Of a stretch of DNA of 64,000 nucleotides, positions 1 through 9,339 are shown piece by piece. The position numbers were made by a program, and so were the translations under genes. A model generated the notes under the pieces. The model ran no database searches, had not been told where the DNA came from, and saw nothing but the letters and a program-made list of their open reading frames with translations. Position 1 is the stretch's first letter. Every line of letters starts with the position of its first letter. Source of the stretch: a virus; the IMG/VR virus record IMGVR_UViG_3300009166_000001, positions 1 through 64,000 of that record; one strand, 5' to 3'.

Positions 1-291
1 GCCACCATTGCAATCGTTTGCAACCATGCCCGTTTCCCCTACCACCCCCCACCATCTCCCCCACCACAATTCCCCCTAAATCTCGCCCCCTTACCCCCAC
101 CCTGCAATCACTTTCACCTATCCCCTTTCCCTAAATCTCCCGCCGAGATTTACATGCAGCGGGGTGGTCTGACTAATTGGAGGGGATTGTATGGAGTAGT
201 GAATCTTCATAGGAGATTGAGTGGTATCTTTGCCCCGGCGGTTTGCAATTGATTGCAATGTTAGGTGGGTAGCCATGGACAGACCCCTCTT

Positions 292-987
292 CTAGTCCTC
301 GGTGTAGAAGGTAGATTCGAGGCCCTGCTTCTGGAAGGAACTAATTATGTCGGCTTGGAGAGTCTGGTGTTCGGTGCCCGTGGCATCCTTCCAGGACTTC
401 GGGATGATGTAGGCATAGGTGTCGATAAAGACGGTGCCCTGGTTCCGTGAGAGGGAGATCCTGGGTGGGGTCGGGTCGTCGTAGTTGATCTTGCCCGGCG
501 AGAAGGATGGATGGGCCGTCCTCAGATCGTCGAGCACCTTGTCCACGATGTCCTTCATGGTAGCGACTGCCTGCTTGACGTGAGAATCGACCGCGCTGGC
601 CTGGAAGCTGGTGGCTAGGCCCGGCTCCATCAGGGGGAACCTGAACCGTAGGGCCGCGTGCAAGATTAGACGATCTACCTGTACCGCTGCCCGAATCGAC
701 TTCCCCACGTAACGCTCGTCCAGCCTTCCGAACTCCACATCTACGGCCTCTGTACCCTTGTCCTTCCAGAGATCCTTGGACTCCAGGAAGTCGCTCACGG
801 CCCCGTAGAACTTCGTGCCTGCCTCGTACTGCCTCTTGCTCCGCTCCCTACGCTCCGCGTGAAGGTACGATACGTCCTGCAATAGACCTTCGACTTGGCC
901 CTTGGCATCGCCAAGCATCGTCTTCTTCAGGCGGGATAGCTGACCCAAGAACCTGTCCCACTTCTCGATGTCTACCTTCTCGCCCAT
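292..987 (-). CDS. hypothetical phage protein
   Basis: 231-aa ORF in the minus-strand gene run; no recognisable motif. Confidence 0.7.
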   Translation of the reverse strand: MGEKVDIEKWDRFLGQLSRLKKTMLGDAKGQVEGLLQDVSYLHAERRERSKRQYEAGTKFYGAVSDFLESKDLWKDKGTEAVDVEFGRLDERYVGKSIRAAVQVDRLILHAALRFRFPLMEPGLATSFQASAVDSHVKQAVATMKDIVDKVLDDLRTAHPSFSPGKINYDDPTPPRISLSRNQGTVFIDTYAYIIPKSWKDATGTEHQTLQADIISSFQKQGLESTFYTED

Positions 988-1032
988 CCGTTCACCATCA
1001 CCCCCGTCATTGCAATTGATTGCACGGGTCGT

Positions 1033-1476
1033 TCACATCACGTCCACGATCTTGTAGCTCTGATCGTCGGCTACCTTCCGCGCCACGTCCTGCACGGCTT
1101 TCACCTCGGCTGGATGGACCACCTTGATTATCCACGCGACAGGCTCTACGTAGAGAACGCCTCTGCTCACGACAACCGACCCCCGCCCATCTAGCCTTGT
1201 CAGGTTTATCCCCCCAGGAGCAACTTTCCTCGCCGCACTCCCGATGGCCTTCGCCAGATTCGAAGCATTCTTGTCGGCCACCTCAACTGCCTTGTCGAGC
1301 GCATCGAAGTGCATCCCGTCCCCCTCCTGCAACAGAGGATACCGGGTCTCGATCACGGTGACTTGCCCACCACGAATCACTACCTCCAGGTCAGGCAAGA
1401 ACCCCATGAAGCGCCGGTCCTGCTCTGCCATCTCCCCAAAGGCTACCCGTACCCTCTCGTCCCGATCCGTCATCAC
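1033..1476 (-). CDS. hypothetical protein with N-terminal VRVAFGE motif (possible internal head protein)
   Basis: ORF; N-terminus shared with two neighbours. Confidence 0.65.
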   Translation of the reverse strand: MMTDRDERVRVAFGEMAEQDRRFMGFLPDLEVVIRGGQVTVIETRYPLLQEGDGMHFDALDKAVEVADKNASNLAKAIGSAARKVAPGGINLTRLDGRGSVVVSRGVLYVEPVAWIIKVVHPAEVKAVQDVARKVADDQSYKIVDVM

Positions 1477-1742
1477 GCCTCCTCACGAGTAACCGTCACC
1501 AGTATTGGAGATACCTCTGCCCTGATCGTCCAGCCTTCCTTGTCATCTATCATCTTCAGTGCTCGACCTCGCACCTTGTCTATAAATAGGGCTGCCGACC
1601 GTGGACCAGACATTTCAGCCGTCAGGACATCACCCGATATCGTTGTCTTCCCGCCCATACGCTCCGCATCGGCAGCCACCTTCTGTAGTACCTGCCTCAC
1701 GGTGACATTTCCCTCCCCAAACGCTACCTGTACCTCATCCAT
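1473..1742 (-). CDS. hypothetical protein with N-terminal MDEVQVAFGE
   Basis: ORF overlapping the next gene by 4 nt. Confidence 0.65.
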   Translation of the reverse strand: MDEVQVAFGEGNVTVRQVLQKVAADAERMGGKTTISGDVLTAEMSGPRSAALFIDKVRGRALKMIDDKEGWTIRAEVSPILVTVTREEA

Positions 1743-1746
1743 CGCC

Positions 1747-2082
1747 TCAGACCTCTTCGGCCTTCTTCCGGGCCTCGTTCCGATCCGTCGTGAACCCCAC
1801 CAGCCTCACCGCCACGGATTGAGTGAACTGCTCTGACTTGGCAACCTGCTTGGCCGCATCGGTCAGGTAGTTCGACAGCTTCAGCAGGTTCCCGCTGATC
1901 AGGAAGGGCTTCTTCTCGAACGGTGCCGTCACCTCGAAGATCCCGTAGACGACTCCACTCTCCACCACGTCCAGAATCTCGGCCTTGAGCGCAGCCATGT
2001 TTCCGCTGCCGTCAAGGCCCATGTGAATCTCTGGCACTGACAACCATGCCGCTTCCCCGAACTGGATCTTCACGTCGTCCAT
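1747..2082 (-). CDS. hypothetical protein with N-terminal MDDVKIQFGE
   Basis: C-terminal part of track ORF 1747..2625; start moved to ATG at 2082, just after the upstream stop. Confidence 0.6.
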   Translation of the reverse strand: MDDVKIQFGEAAWLSVPEIHMGLDGSGNMAALKAEILDVVESGVVYGIFEVTAPFEKKPFLISGNLLKLSNYLTDAAKQVAKSEQFTQSVAVRLVGFTTDRNEARKKAEEV

Positions 2083-2087
2083 GCGGC

Positions 2088-2831
2088 TCACGCCTTCTTC
2101 CCGATCCGGGCCTTCAGTTCCTTCGCTACGTCCAGGACTTCCTTCGACACCTCGTCCGGCGTCCGAAGCCAGACCTCGCATCGGGACAAGGACGCCTTCT
2201 TCATCGTCTCGATCATGTCCTCGTCGTCCTCGTACTTCACTTCGAAGAACAGGTAGCAGTCCTTCGTTGCCCCGTACATGAACGACCCCATGACCTTCTC
2301 GATGGGGATGTCGGTCGGCAGCCCGCACTTCTTCGCGTACTCCATCAGCCCGTGGTAGAAGTCGCCCAGGTTCATGTCCCCCTGCACGTCCATCAGAATC
2401 GCTCCCCGCAGATCCTTGCCCCACTTGGCGAACGTCACCGTGGTCGGTCCATATCCCCCGCCTTCCGCCAGTTCTCCCCGCATGGCCTCGTAGTCGTCCA
2501 GCCACTCGTAGCCCTTCGCACGTGCCTTCTTCGCACACTTCGTCCCGCAGCACGCCTCTTCCTTCGCGGCTTCCAGGGAAGTTGCCGTAACCCCGTACCG
2601 GACCTTCTTGCCGTCCACGTCCCACTCGACACTCACCAACTTCTTCTTCGGGTCCGTGTAGATGCCCCCGAACTCCCCCTTCGTAACCACGCCGGTTGCC
2701 CCCTCCCCGACCCCGGCACTGGCCGCCGCCAGCTTGTCCATCATCGTCGGCTTGAAAGTCACCTTGTCCCCGACCTTGAACTTCGTTCCCTTGGCTTCAT
2801 CGAGGATGTCTTGTCCGATGCTCATGGTCAC
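2088..2831 (-). CDS. hypothetical protein with SH3/KOW-like N-terminal segment
   Basis: KFKVGDKVTF...GATGVV...VSVEWD pattern. Confidence 0.65.
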   Translation of the reverse strand: MTMSIGQDILDEAKGTKFKVGDKVTFKPTMMDKLAAASAGVGEGATGVVTKGEFGGIYTDPKKKLVSVEWDVDGKKVRYGVTATSLEAAKEEACCGTKCAKKARAKGYEWLDDYEAMRGELAEGGGYGPTTVTFAKWGKDLRGAILMDVQGDMNLGDFYHGLMEYAKKCGLPTDIPIEKVMGSFMYGATKDCYLFFEVKYEDDEDMIETMKKASLSRCEVWLRTPDEVSKEVLDVAKELKARIGKKA

Positions 2832-3139
2832 TTGCCTCCCTTGAAGCGCGGCAGCACCTCCCGCTGGAAGATTTCCGCCATCGTCGTGATCTTGTCCAGG
2901 TTCGCCTGGATGGCCTTCAGTTGCTTCGACAGGGCTTCCCGATCCTTCGGCTCGATCTTCCCCAACGTGCCATCCTTCTCCCAGTCGCCAGTCGCCTTGT
3001 CGATCCTCGTGAGGACCAACACTGTCTCGTCCGTGACCGACTTCAGGTGAGGCAACACGATGTCCAGCGATGTCTTCACCACCGATGGACCCAACTCCTT
3101 CACCTCGCCCATGATTTCCTTGCCGATACCCATCTTCAT
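2828..3139 (-). CDS. hypothetical protein
   Basis: ORF with ATGA overlaps on both sides. Confidence 0.7.
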   Translation of the reverse strand: MKMGIGKEIMGEVKELGPSVVKTSLDIVLPHLKSVTDETVLVLTRIDKATGDWEKDGTLGKIEPKDREALSKQLKAIQANLDKITTMAEIFQREVLPRFKGGK

Positions 3140-3813
3140 GCCTCCGGGAATCCGATGAAGCTCAACACTCCATCCTCGAACTCCTTGTAGTTCCCGTACT
3201 TCTTGATGACCCTGATCGCCTGTGCCACGCGAGTCTTCTTCCCCCTGATTCCCATGTAGCTCGCGTAGCCACTGTGCCCCAACGCGGTCTCCCCCACCTT
3301 GATCGGCGGTCCCACGAATGGGTTGTTCGCCGCGACGATCTCTAGCCCGTCACCGGCCCACACGAAGCACCTGTCCTTCGCATAGATGGGCCTCGTATCC
3401 AGCCCCAACTCGTTCCACGCCTCGATGGCCTTCTCGGGAGGCTCGAAGCTGGTCAGATCGAACCCTGCCTCCCTCTGCGCCAGTGTCGAGTCCGTCACCT
3501 TCACCGTGAGGATCTGGTTGCTCCCCGCATCGTCCCGGAACTCGATCTCGAACTCGTCCCCCCTTGTCGTCACCTTCGCGCTCGGCATCAGCCTCGATAG
3601 CACGATCCGCACCTTCTCCTTGTCAGCCTTGGCGAATGCCTCGATCAGCGTCCCCTTCTTCGCCCGATGCTCCTCCAGCATCGCAGCTTCCTCCGGCGAT
3701 TGCTCCCCTTGCCGCGCCCCTGGCTCGATCAGCCCGCTCTGGCGCAAGGTCTCCAGGAAGGAACTCGCGTCTACCTCCGGTATGCCCCCTATCCCGATTC
3801 GCCTCTCCGTCAT
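3136..3813 (-). CDS. hypothetical protein
   Basis: start moved to MTERR at 3813 (ATGA overlap). Confidence 0.65.
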   Translation of the reverse strand: MTERRIGIGGIPEVDASSFLETLRQSGLIEPGARQGEQSPEEAAMLEEHRAKKGTLIEAFAKADKEKVRIVLSRLMPSAKVTTRGDEFEIEFRDDAGSNQILTVKVTDSTLAQREAGFDLTSFEPPEKAIEAWNELGLDTRPIYAKDRCFVWAGDGLEIVAANNPFVGPPIKVGETALGHSGYASYMGIRGKKTRVAQAIRVIKKYGNYKEFEDGVLSFIGFPEA

Positions 3814-4031
3814 GACTTGCTCCTCTTCTCCAGTATCGCTACGACCTTGCTTCCCGCTCGGACCCACTCCCGCATCGCGTCCAAGAGCAGTCTATCCGTT
3901 TCGCTATCCAACGCAACAGGTTCCTGCGCTTCGACCGCCCTCATCTCAGGCAACTTACGCCCCTCGCCTAGCACCCCCAAGAAGTCGTTCGGGTTCACCT
4001 CGCCAGGATACCTCGGTCTCCACTCGTTCAC
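3810..4031 (-). CDS. small hypothetical protein
   Basis: 73-aa ORF in operon. Confidence 0.55.
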   Translation of the reverse strand: MNEWRPRYPGEVNPNDFLGVLGEGRKLPEMRAVEAQEPVALDSETDRLLLDAMREWVRAGSKVVAILEKRSKS

Positions 4032-4034
4032 GGC

Positions 4035-4238
4035 TCACTCCTTCTTCGCGTACTCGTCTACGGCAGCCACCAGTACATCGTCCGGGCTCAACCCCTTCCG
4101 ACTCGCAATCTCCCGCAACTTCTCGATGAAGGCAGGCGACACCATGATCACGCACCACTCGCTGTCCGGTCCCGCGTCCAGATCGATCTGGAACACGCCC
4201 CCGTTCGCCGCCGCCTTCTGCTCCAATGTCTCCATCAC
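4035..4238 (-). CDS. small protein, possible ribbon-helix-helix regulator
   Basis: VIMVSPAFIEKLREIASRKGLSPDDVLVAAVDEY resembles a CopG/RHH fold. Confidence 0.5.
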   Translation of the reverse strand: MMETLEQKAAANGGVFQIDLDAGPDSEWCVIMVSPAFIEKLREIASRKGLSPDDVLVAAVDEYAKKE

Positions 4239-4900
4239 TTGATCCCCGGCAACTTCTTGTCGAACTTCGACTGCTCGATCAGCGTCTTGCGACTCTTGGT
4301 CAAGACCTTCAAGTCCCGCTGGATGACCTCCACGAACGTCAGGGATGCCTCCACGTACCGCAGCTTACCCCCAGGGAACCATGCCTGCGCCTGGATGCTA
4401 CAGCCCGTCAGAAGGCACAGCAGGCCCCTGCTACCGTCCAGGCCCAGTTTCATGCCCTGGAACACGAGCAGCAGCTTCGGTGGAGGAAGTGGGTCCCCCT
4501 CGTCCGTGTAGGACGGTAACTGGAAGGATCTCAGCCACGCTATCGCTGCCTCGATGTCGTACAGCGCCAGCTTATCGCTGGTCGGATCGTCCATCTCGTC
4601 CGGATCGTTGTCCCGTGCGAAGATTGCGGTGAAGCTCAACGTCCTCGCCCCGCCTGATACCCAATGGTACAAGGGATGCGACAAGCCAGGGATCTGACGC
4701 TCTTGCCACTCGCTGCTCTTGTCGTCCGACAAGTTCTCCGGCCAGTATTGGAACCGGATCGCCGGAACCTTCCCGTACAACTGCTTGATCTTCGAGTTTT
4801 CGGTTACGTCGATATAAGGCTGGAGGTAGGCGATCCCCTTCTCGACCTCGGACTTGGGCCTATTCTTCCCGCCCCCTACCGCCTCGATGGTGCTCTCCAC
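4235..4900 (-). CDS. tail tube initiator / CIS-tube-like (gpU/Afp7-type) baseplate protein
   Basis: FQYWPENLSDDKSSEW..QIPGLSHPLYHWVSGGARTLSFTAIF...PPPKLLLVF motif set. Confidence 0.65.
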   Translation of the reverse strand: MESTIEAVGGGKNRPKSEVEKGIAYLQPYIDVTENSKIKQLYGKVPAIRFQYWPENLSDDKSSEWQERQIPGLSHPLYHWVSGGARTLSFTAIFARDNDPDEMDDPTSDKLALYDIEAAIAWLRSFQLPSYTDEGDPLPPPKLLLVFQGMKLGLDGSRGLLCLLTGCSIQAQAWFPGGKLRYVEASLTFVEVIQRDLKVLTKSRKTLIEQSKFDKKLPGIK

Positions 4901-4911
4901 GTGGGATCACA

Positions 4912-5118
4912 TCATGCCTTGCCCGACTTCTTGGCAATCGAGGCACAGAGGGCTCCCGAATCCGTGACGCCCGTGCAGCACTTGTCGAACATCGCAGTAC
5001 AGGAATCGAAGGCTGTACCTTTTCCGCCCTTGAACGTGCCGTCCTTGTCCTTGTACTTCGCGGTACACTTCGAGTCGCAGGACACCTTCTCGGTGATCAT
5101 GATCTTCTCGTCTGCCAT
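4912..5118 (-). CDS. small Cys/Lys-rich protein
   Basis: GAGGAAGG RBS before MADEKIMITE; 6 Cys. Confidence 0.5.
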   Translation of the reverse strand: MADEKIMITEKVSCDSKCTAKYKDKDGTFKGGKGTAFDSCTAMFDKCCTGVTDSGALCASIAKKSGKA

Positions 5119-5253
5119 GATGACCTTCCTCCTCTCGACGGGGCATCGGCATGGGGAAGGTGCGACTGGAACCGTACCCCTCGAACAACGATCCATCTTG
5201 TACCCGATTAGATGCTCTTGTCAACACGAACGGGCCATTGCAATTGATTGCAA

Positions 5254-5493
5254 CTACCCGGACAGCTTCACCATCTGCTCCGTGAGCTTGTCCAGTAGCT
5301 TGCTCACGTCGTTCGACATCTCGATACCCCTCTGCGCGTCTGCCTCCAGGTGTTCCTTCCCTGTGATGCGAGCCATGACGAGGCTCGATCCTGCTTCCTG
5401 TCGAAGATCCCGACGGAAGGCCACGAGTCCTCCCAAGATCAGCCCCAGATCGCTCTTTGTCACCGTGATCTCCGCTCTCAACTCGTCTGCCAT
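5254..5493 (-). CDS. hypothetical protein
   Basis: ORF with AGGAG/AAGG RBS. Confidence 0.6.
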   Translation of the reverse strand: MADELRAEITVTKSDLGLILGGLVAFRRDLRQEAGSSLVMARITGKEHLEADAQRGIEMSNDVSKLLDKLTEQMVKLSG

Positions 5494-5506
5494 CTTCCTT
5501 CTCCTT

Positions 5507-6070
5507 CTACCTGCCCTTGCCGGTCAGGCATCGCAGGATCTCCTTCTTCGTCGCAGCGATGTCCAGTCCGTGCTCGAACACCTCGATGCACAGCGGGTGG
5601 AGGTAGAGTCGGCTGCTCCCATAGCTCCACTCCTGCTTCCACTCCGTCCACTCGCTCGGCTCCGCAAGCTCATGGACAATCACCGCCTCACCTGTGTCCG
5701 TGGTCCTCGTCACCTGCCGTACCGGCATCCACCGATAGCGGTACTCGCACACGTAGGTCTGGACCACCTTCCCCACGCACATCGTACCGCGTTCCGGAGC
5801 CTGCCAATGCACGTCGATCTCCTTGATCCGGATCTCGCTCTGGCAGGCATGTTTCGTCTCGTCCTTCCAGCCCTTCGCTGCGTCCGGTGGATGATCGGTG
5901 TTGTGCTCTGCTACCTCTCCCTCGATGACCTTAGCCGCACGGGCCAATGCCTCCTCCGCTGCCGCCTTCGCATCCTCCAACAGCAGGAACGCCTGCTTCA
6001 TCACGCGGTCCAGGTATAGCTCGTTGTGCGAGTGACTGTCCGGCCTCAGTGTGTAGTACGACAGCTTCAT
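5507..6070 (-). CDS. hypothetical protein
   Basis: start moved to MKLSYY at 6070 (GGAGG RBS). Confidence 0.6.
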   Translation of the reverse strand: MKLSYYTLRPDSHSHNELYLDRVMKQAFLLLEDAKAAAEEALARAAKVIEGEVAEHNTDHPPDAAKGWKDETKHACQSEIRIKEIDVHWQAPERGTMCVGKVVQTYVCEYRYRWMPVRQVTRTTDTGEAVIVHELAEPSEWTEWKQEWSYGSSRLYLHPLCIEVFEHGLDIAATKKEILRCLTGKGR

Positions 6071-6375
6071 GATCCCTCCGTCATCAACTTCTCGAACAGT
6101 TGCCTCTCCAGGGCTTCCCTGGTCGGGTTGAACATCGGCTGGCAACATCCGGCCCCCGCCGCTAGGACCTCCTTGTACTTCTCTCCGTCCGGGCCTTCCA
6201 TCAACTCGCACCTGTAGACCGACAGGAATGCTCCCTCGCGCCTGTCTTCTCGCAGGAACGGACAGGGATGCCCCTCCTTCACCCGCCACCCGGCATAGCA
6301 TTGAACTCTACGGCAGCACTCCCCGCAACCCACACAGGCCGCAGAGATCATCGGCTCGATGTACTTCTTCCCCAC
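6067..6375 (-). CDS. CxxCxxCC (YkgJ-like) metal-binding protein
   Basis: CVGCGECC...CPFL...C motif. Confidence 0.6.
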   Translation of the reverse strand: MGKKYIEPMISAACVGCGECCRRVQCYAGWRVKEGHPCPFLREDRREGAFLSVYRCELMEGPDGEKYKEVLAAGAGCCQPMFNPTREALERQLFEKLMTEGS

Positions 6376-6575
6376 TTCTCAGTCCCCTTGCGCTCCACGT
6401 AGACGATCCCGCGCCCAGTTCGGCTCGTAGTCGGCAGGCATCTGTCCATCAGGACACAGCACATCGAGGACGATCTGCCGACACCTCTCGTACTCCTCCA
6501 CGTCGCCGGATTGCGTTGGCCTGGATCCCATCCAGAAGATCCGGCCCAAGGCAAGCTCCGCGGCCTTCGTATCCA

Positions 6576-6767
6576 TCACCGCTCCTCAGCGGCCGTGCTC
6601 ATCCACACGGATGGACACCAGATCGGATCTGGCCGTGTCGCCTTCGTGCGCTCCTTCCACGCCTTGAACTCCTTCAACTTCGGAAGAAACCGGCAAGTAG
6701 AAGGGCACTCTGTCTTCCCGCAGAAGGCCGATGTGCAATCGGCAGGGTATAGCCTCGTCTCCGTCAT
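6576..6767 (-). CDS. small Cys-rich protein, probably leaderless
   Basis: ATG follows the -10 hexamer after 6 nt. Confidence 0.55.
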   Translation of the reverse strand: MTETRLYPADCTSAFCGKTECPSTCRFLPKLKEFKAWKERTKATRPDPIWCPSVWMSTAAEER

Positions 6768-7075
6768 GTCTTGAATATAACAATCCATGGCTTTTTGTCA
6801 AGCCAGTACGGTTTCAAGGACCGGCTACGTAGGGGGTGGCGCAGCTTCCGCAGGGCCTTGGCCTCGATCTGCCGAATACGCTCTCTCTGGACTCCGTATT
6901 TCTGCCCCACCAGCGCAAGAGTATGGGGCTCGCAGCCAAGACCGAAGCGCATCCGGATCACGTCTGCTTCCTGCTCCTTCAAGGTCGCCAGCACCTTCTC
7001 GATACGCTCGTTCAGGATCGCCATCTCCACCTGCTCGTCCTGCAATATCTCGGGCTCCATATCTGCCACGAACAT
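6764..7075 (-). CDS. stand-alone sigma70 (RpoD) region 4 protein
   Basis: [37 protein letters not shown] matches the RpoD C-terminus; regions 1-3 absent. Confidence 0.85.
   Translation of the reverse strand: MFVADMEPEILQDEQVEMAILNERIEKVLATLKEQEADVIRMRFGLGCEPHTLALVGQKYGVQRERIRQIEAKALRKLRHPLRSRSLKPYWLDKKPWIVIFKT
6774..6801 (-). promoter_or_regulatory. sigma70-type promoter TTGACA-16-TATATT
   Basis: direct match, with extended -10 TG. Confidence 0.8.
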
Positions 7076-7091
7076 CGAGATAGCTTCCTGC

Positions 7092-8786
7092 TCAGAACAG
7101 ACTCGCCTGATCGGTGTCCTCGCCATCCTTATCCTCTGGATCCTCTGCAAAAAGCCCGAACGCTGTCTGATCATCCCCGTCTTCTCTTGCCTCCACGGCA
7201 TCCATCGTCGCAACGTCCTGCGGAATCGTACCGTAGCACCTCACATGTTCCTCTGCCCATGCGATCCGGGCCTTGGCAATCTCCACGTACTCGGCCTCCC
7301 TCTCGATCCCGATCCAGTCCTTCCCCTCCAAGATGGCAGCCATCGCCGTCGTACCGCTGCCAAGGAAGGGATCGAGTACCACGCTGCTTTTTCCAGGGGG
7401 GGTCACGAGCCGTACCAGCCACCTCAGCAGGTCTACGGGCTTCACTGTCGGATGCGTGCTGCGTTTACTCTCCAGACCAAGACTACGTTCCGCGGCACTC
7501 GCCTTAGCCTCGTATCTGAAGCACGGGAAGAAGCGAGCGGCAGTGCCGGTATCGTTGTAACCTTGTTCTCCGGGATGTCCCAATGCGCCCAGGAAGTCTC
7601 CGCTTCGCTTATTGACATGCGACGAATCAATCCATGTCGTCTTTCGTTCCCCGCTTTGCTCTCCTAGTTCACGGATCGGGCAGCCCTCGACACACTCCCA
7701 CACCTGGATGGTCTCGTTGCCAGTCGCGTCCGCGAAACCCTCGAACGAAGTTCCGCTGTATTCTCCAATACCGGCGTGGCCGCTATACTTGCCCTTCTTG
7801 AATCCTCCTCCATTCCCTGCCCGTGTTCCCTTCACCGTCTTCGTCCCTACCTGCTTACAGTCGGGATGATGGCAGAGTACGAGATTCGACGGCCAGCGAC
7901 CTTCCGGTTGCTTGAAGGCTTCAGGTGGTAGCCGTCCTCCACCAGCTTCCAGTATCGAGGATGTTCCCCCTGCCTCTCCTGTCAGGCCCATCGCTGACGT
8001 TGGGCGAACACCTCCACTGTAGGCTCCTCCATTGAGGTTGTCGCCTGTCGCAACTCGGCATCCGTCGATGTTGATCGCCCCCGTCCCATGTTTCAGGACA
8101 TTCTCTGCGACCGTACTAACAAGCGGCTTGCGGGCAACGACAATTGGTTCCCATGCGGGTTTAAGGGCAGTGCCCCAACCGGACCACCTGTGGGCGTCGT
8201 CGGTTGCAGGGGCATATTCAGAGGACGAGGCTTGTTCACGCATGAACTGGCCCGGCCCCGCACCAAACCCGCGTCCCGCCTTATTGTCGGGTGAACAGCC
8301 GCTCTTATACTTCCCGTGGGCAGGACTATCAGGATCGGGACCGCCCTGTGGACACCCCCGCGCCGCCTTGTCGATGGCCTTCGACACGTCCATCGATTTC
8401 GGAAACCCCGATCCGTAACACCACCCAAGCAACCCGATGCTGTCCCTGATCTCGAACCCAGCATCCTCGATGGCGCACGCGAGCCGATGGAAGGTTCTCG
8501 TGCCGCCGAAGGCGAGAATGTGGCCTCCGGGTTTCAGTACGCGGAAGGCTTCTTGCCACGTCGCCGGGTCGAACGCAACACCAGTGGCATCCCAGGCCAT
8601 ACCCATAAATCCACCGTTGCGTGTACCGTGACGACCAAAAGGCGTATCTGAATTAATGGATCTACCAGATCCATTTCGTGACACCGCCAAAAGATCATAC
8701 GGTGGGTCCGTCACGATGGCATCGACCGACTCCGGCTCCATCGCCTTCATCGCCTCGATGCAATCACTTGCAATCAGCTTGCCCAC
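7092..8786 (-). CDS. DNA methyltransferase (N6A/N4C, beta class) with large insertions
   Basis: VTDPPY near N-terminus; HPTVKP and [10 protein letters not shown] near C-terminus. Confidence 0.9.
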   Translation of the reverse strand: MGKLIASDCIEAMKAMEPESVDAIVTDPPYDLLAVSRNGSGRSINSDTPFGRHGTRNGGFMGMAWDATGVAFDPATWQEAFRVLKPGGHILAFGGTRTFHRLACAIEDAGFEIRDSIGLLGWCYGSGFPKSMDVSKAIDKAARGCPQGGPDPDSPAHGKYKSGCSPDNKAGRGFGAGPGQFMREQASSSEYAPATDDAHRWSGWGTALKPAWEPIVVARKPLVSTVAENVLKHGTGAINIDGCRVATGDNLNGGAYSGGVRPTSAMGLTGEAGGTSSILEAGGGRLPPEAFKQPEGRWPSNLVLCHHPDCKQVGTKTVKGTRAGNGGGFKKGKYSGHAGIGEYSGTSFEGFADATGNETIQVWECVEGCPIRELGEQSGERKTTWIDSSHVNKRSGDFLGALGHPGEQGYNDTGTAARFFPCFRYEAKASAAERSLGLESKRSTHPTVKPVDLLRWLVRLVTPPGKSSVVLDPFLGSGTTAMAAILEGKDWIGIEREAEYVEIAKARIAWAEEHVRCYGTIPQDVATMDAVEAREDGDDQTAFGLFAEDPEDKDGEDTDQASLF

Positions 8787-8787
8787 G

Positions 8788-9339
8788 TCAGACCTTGTAC
8801 GGCACTAGGGCCGCCTCGTTCATCACGTACAACGGATGCCGCGGCGATCCATTATTCGTCAGGCCCAAGCACATGACCTGCTTGCCCAGATTTGGGCCGT
8901 TCATCTCCCACATCCTGAACATCCACATGATTTTCTGGATCCTGTCCTCCACGAGACTCCTACGATGATTCCCCCACGCCATCACCACCAATCCCGCATC
9001 TACAACCGCCTGTGAAATGAACTCATCGTTCTTCGGTCCCACCACATCGATCCCGGCCTTCCTCGCCTCGCCTAGCTTCTTCGGATCCGTCGCTCGATAG
9101 GCGAACAGGTTCACCACCTCCAGCCTCCTGTACCCCCACTTCCTTGCGAACCCCATGCACCTCCGGATCGTTGGGTCATCCTTCTCGTGATCTGCTGTGC
9201 TCGGATTCAGCATCACGAACACGACCTTCCTGCCCGTCTCCCCGGTCCTCCTCCAGAGCAGATACCTGTACTCCCCATCGACCACGGCCCCCCGATCCTC
9301 TGGATCAAGCGCATTCTGCAAGACGAATGTTCCCGACAT
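8788..9339 (-). CDS. DUF1643 family protein
   Basis: YRYLLWR, VMLNPSTAD, DDPTIRRC, NLFAYRATDP, PRHPLY. Confidence 0.85.
   Translation of the reverse strand: MSGTFVLQNALDPEDRGAVVDGEYRYLLWRRTGETGRKVVFVMLNPSTADHEKDDPTIRRCMGFARKWGYRRLEVVNLFAYRATDPKKLGEARKAGIDVVGPKNDEFISQAVVDAGLVVMAWGNHRRSLVEDRIQKIMWMFRMWEMNGPNLGKQVMCLGLTNNGSPRHPLYVMNEAALVPYKV

Noticed and set aside
7092-8786. Intein in the large methyltransferase
   Set aside because: No C/S...HN-C/S/T splice motifs or LAGLIDADG blocks were seen in the inserts.
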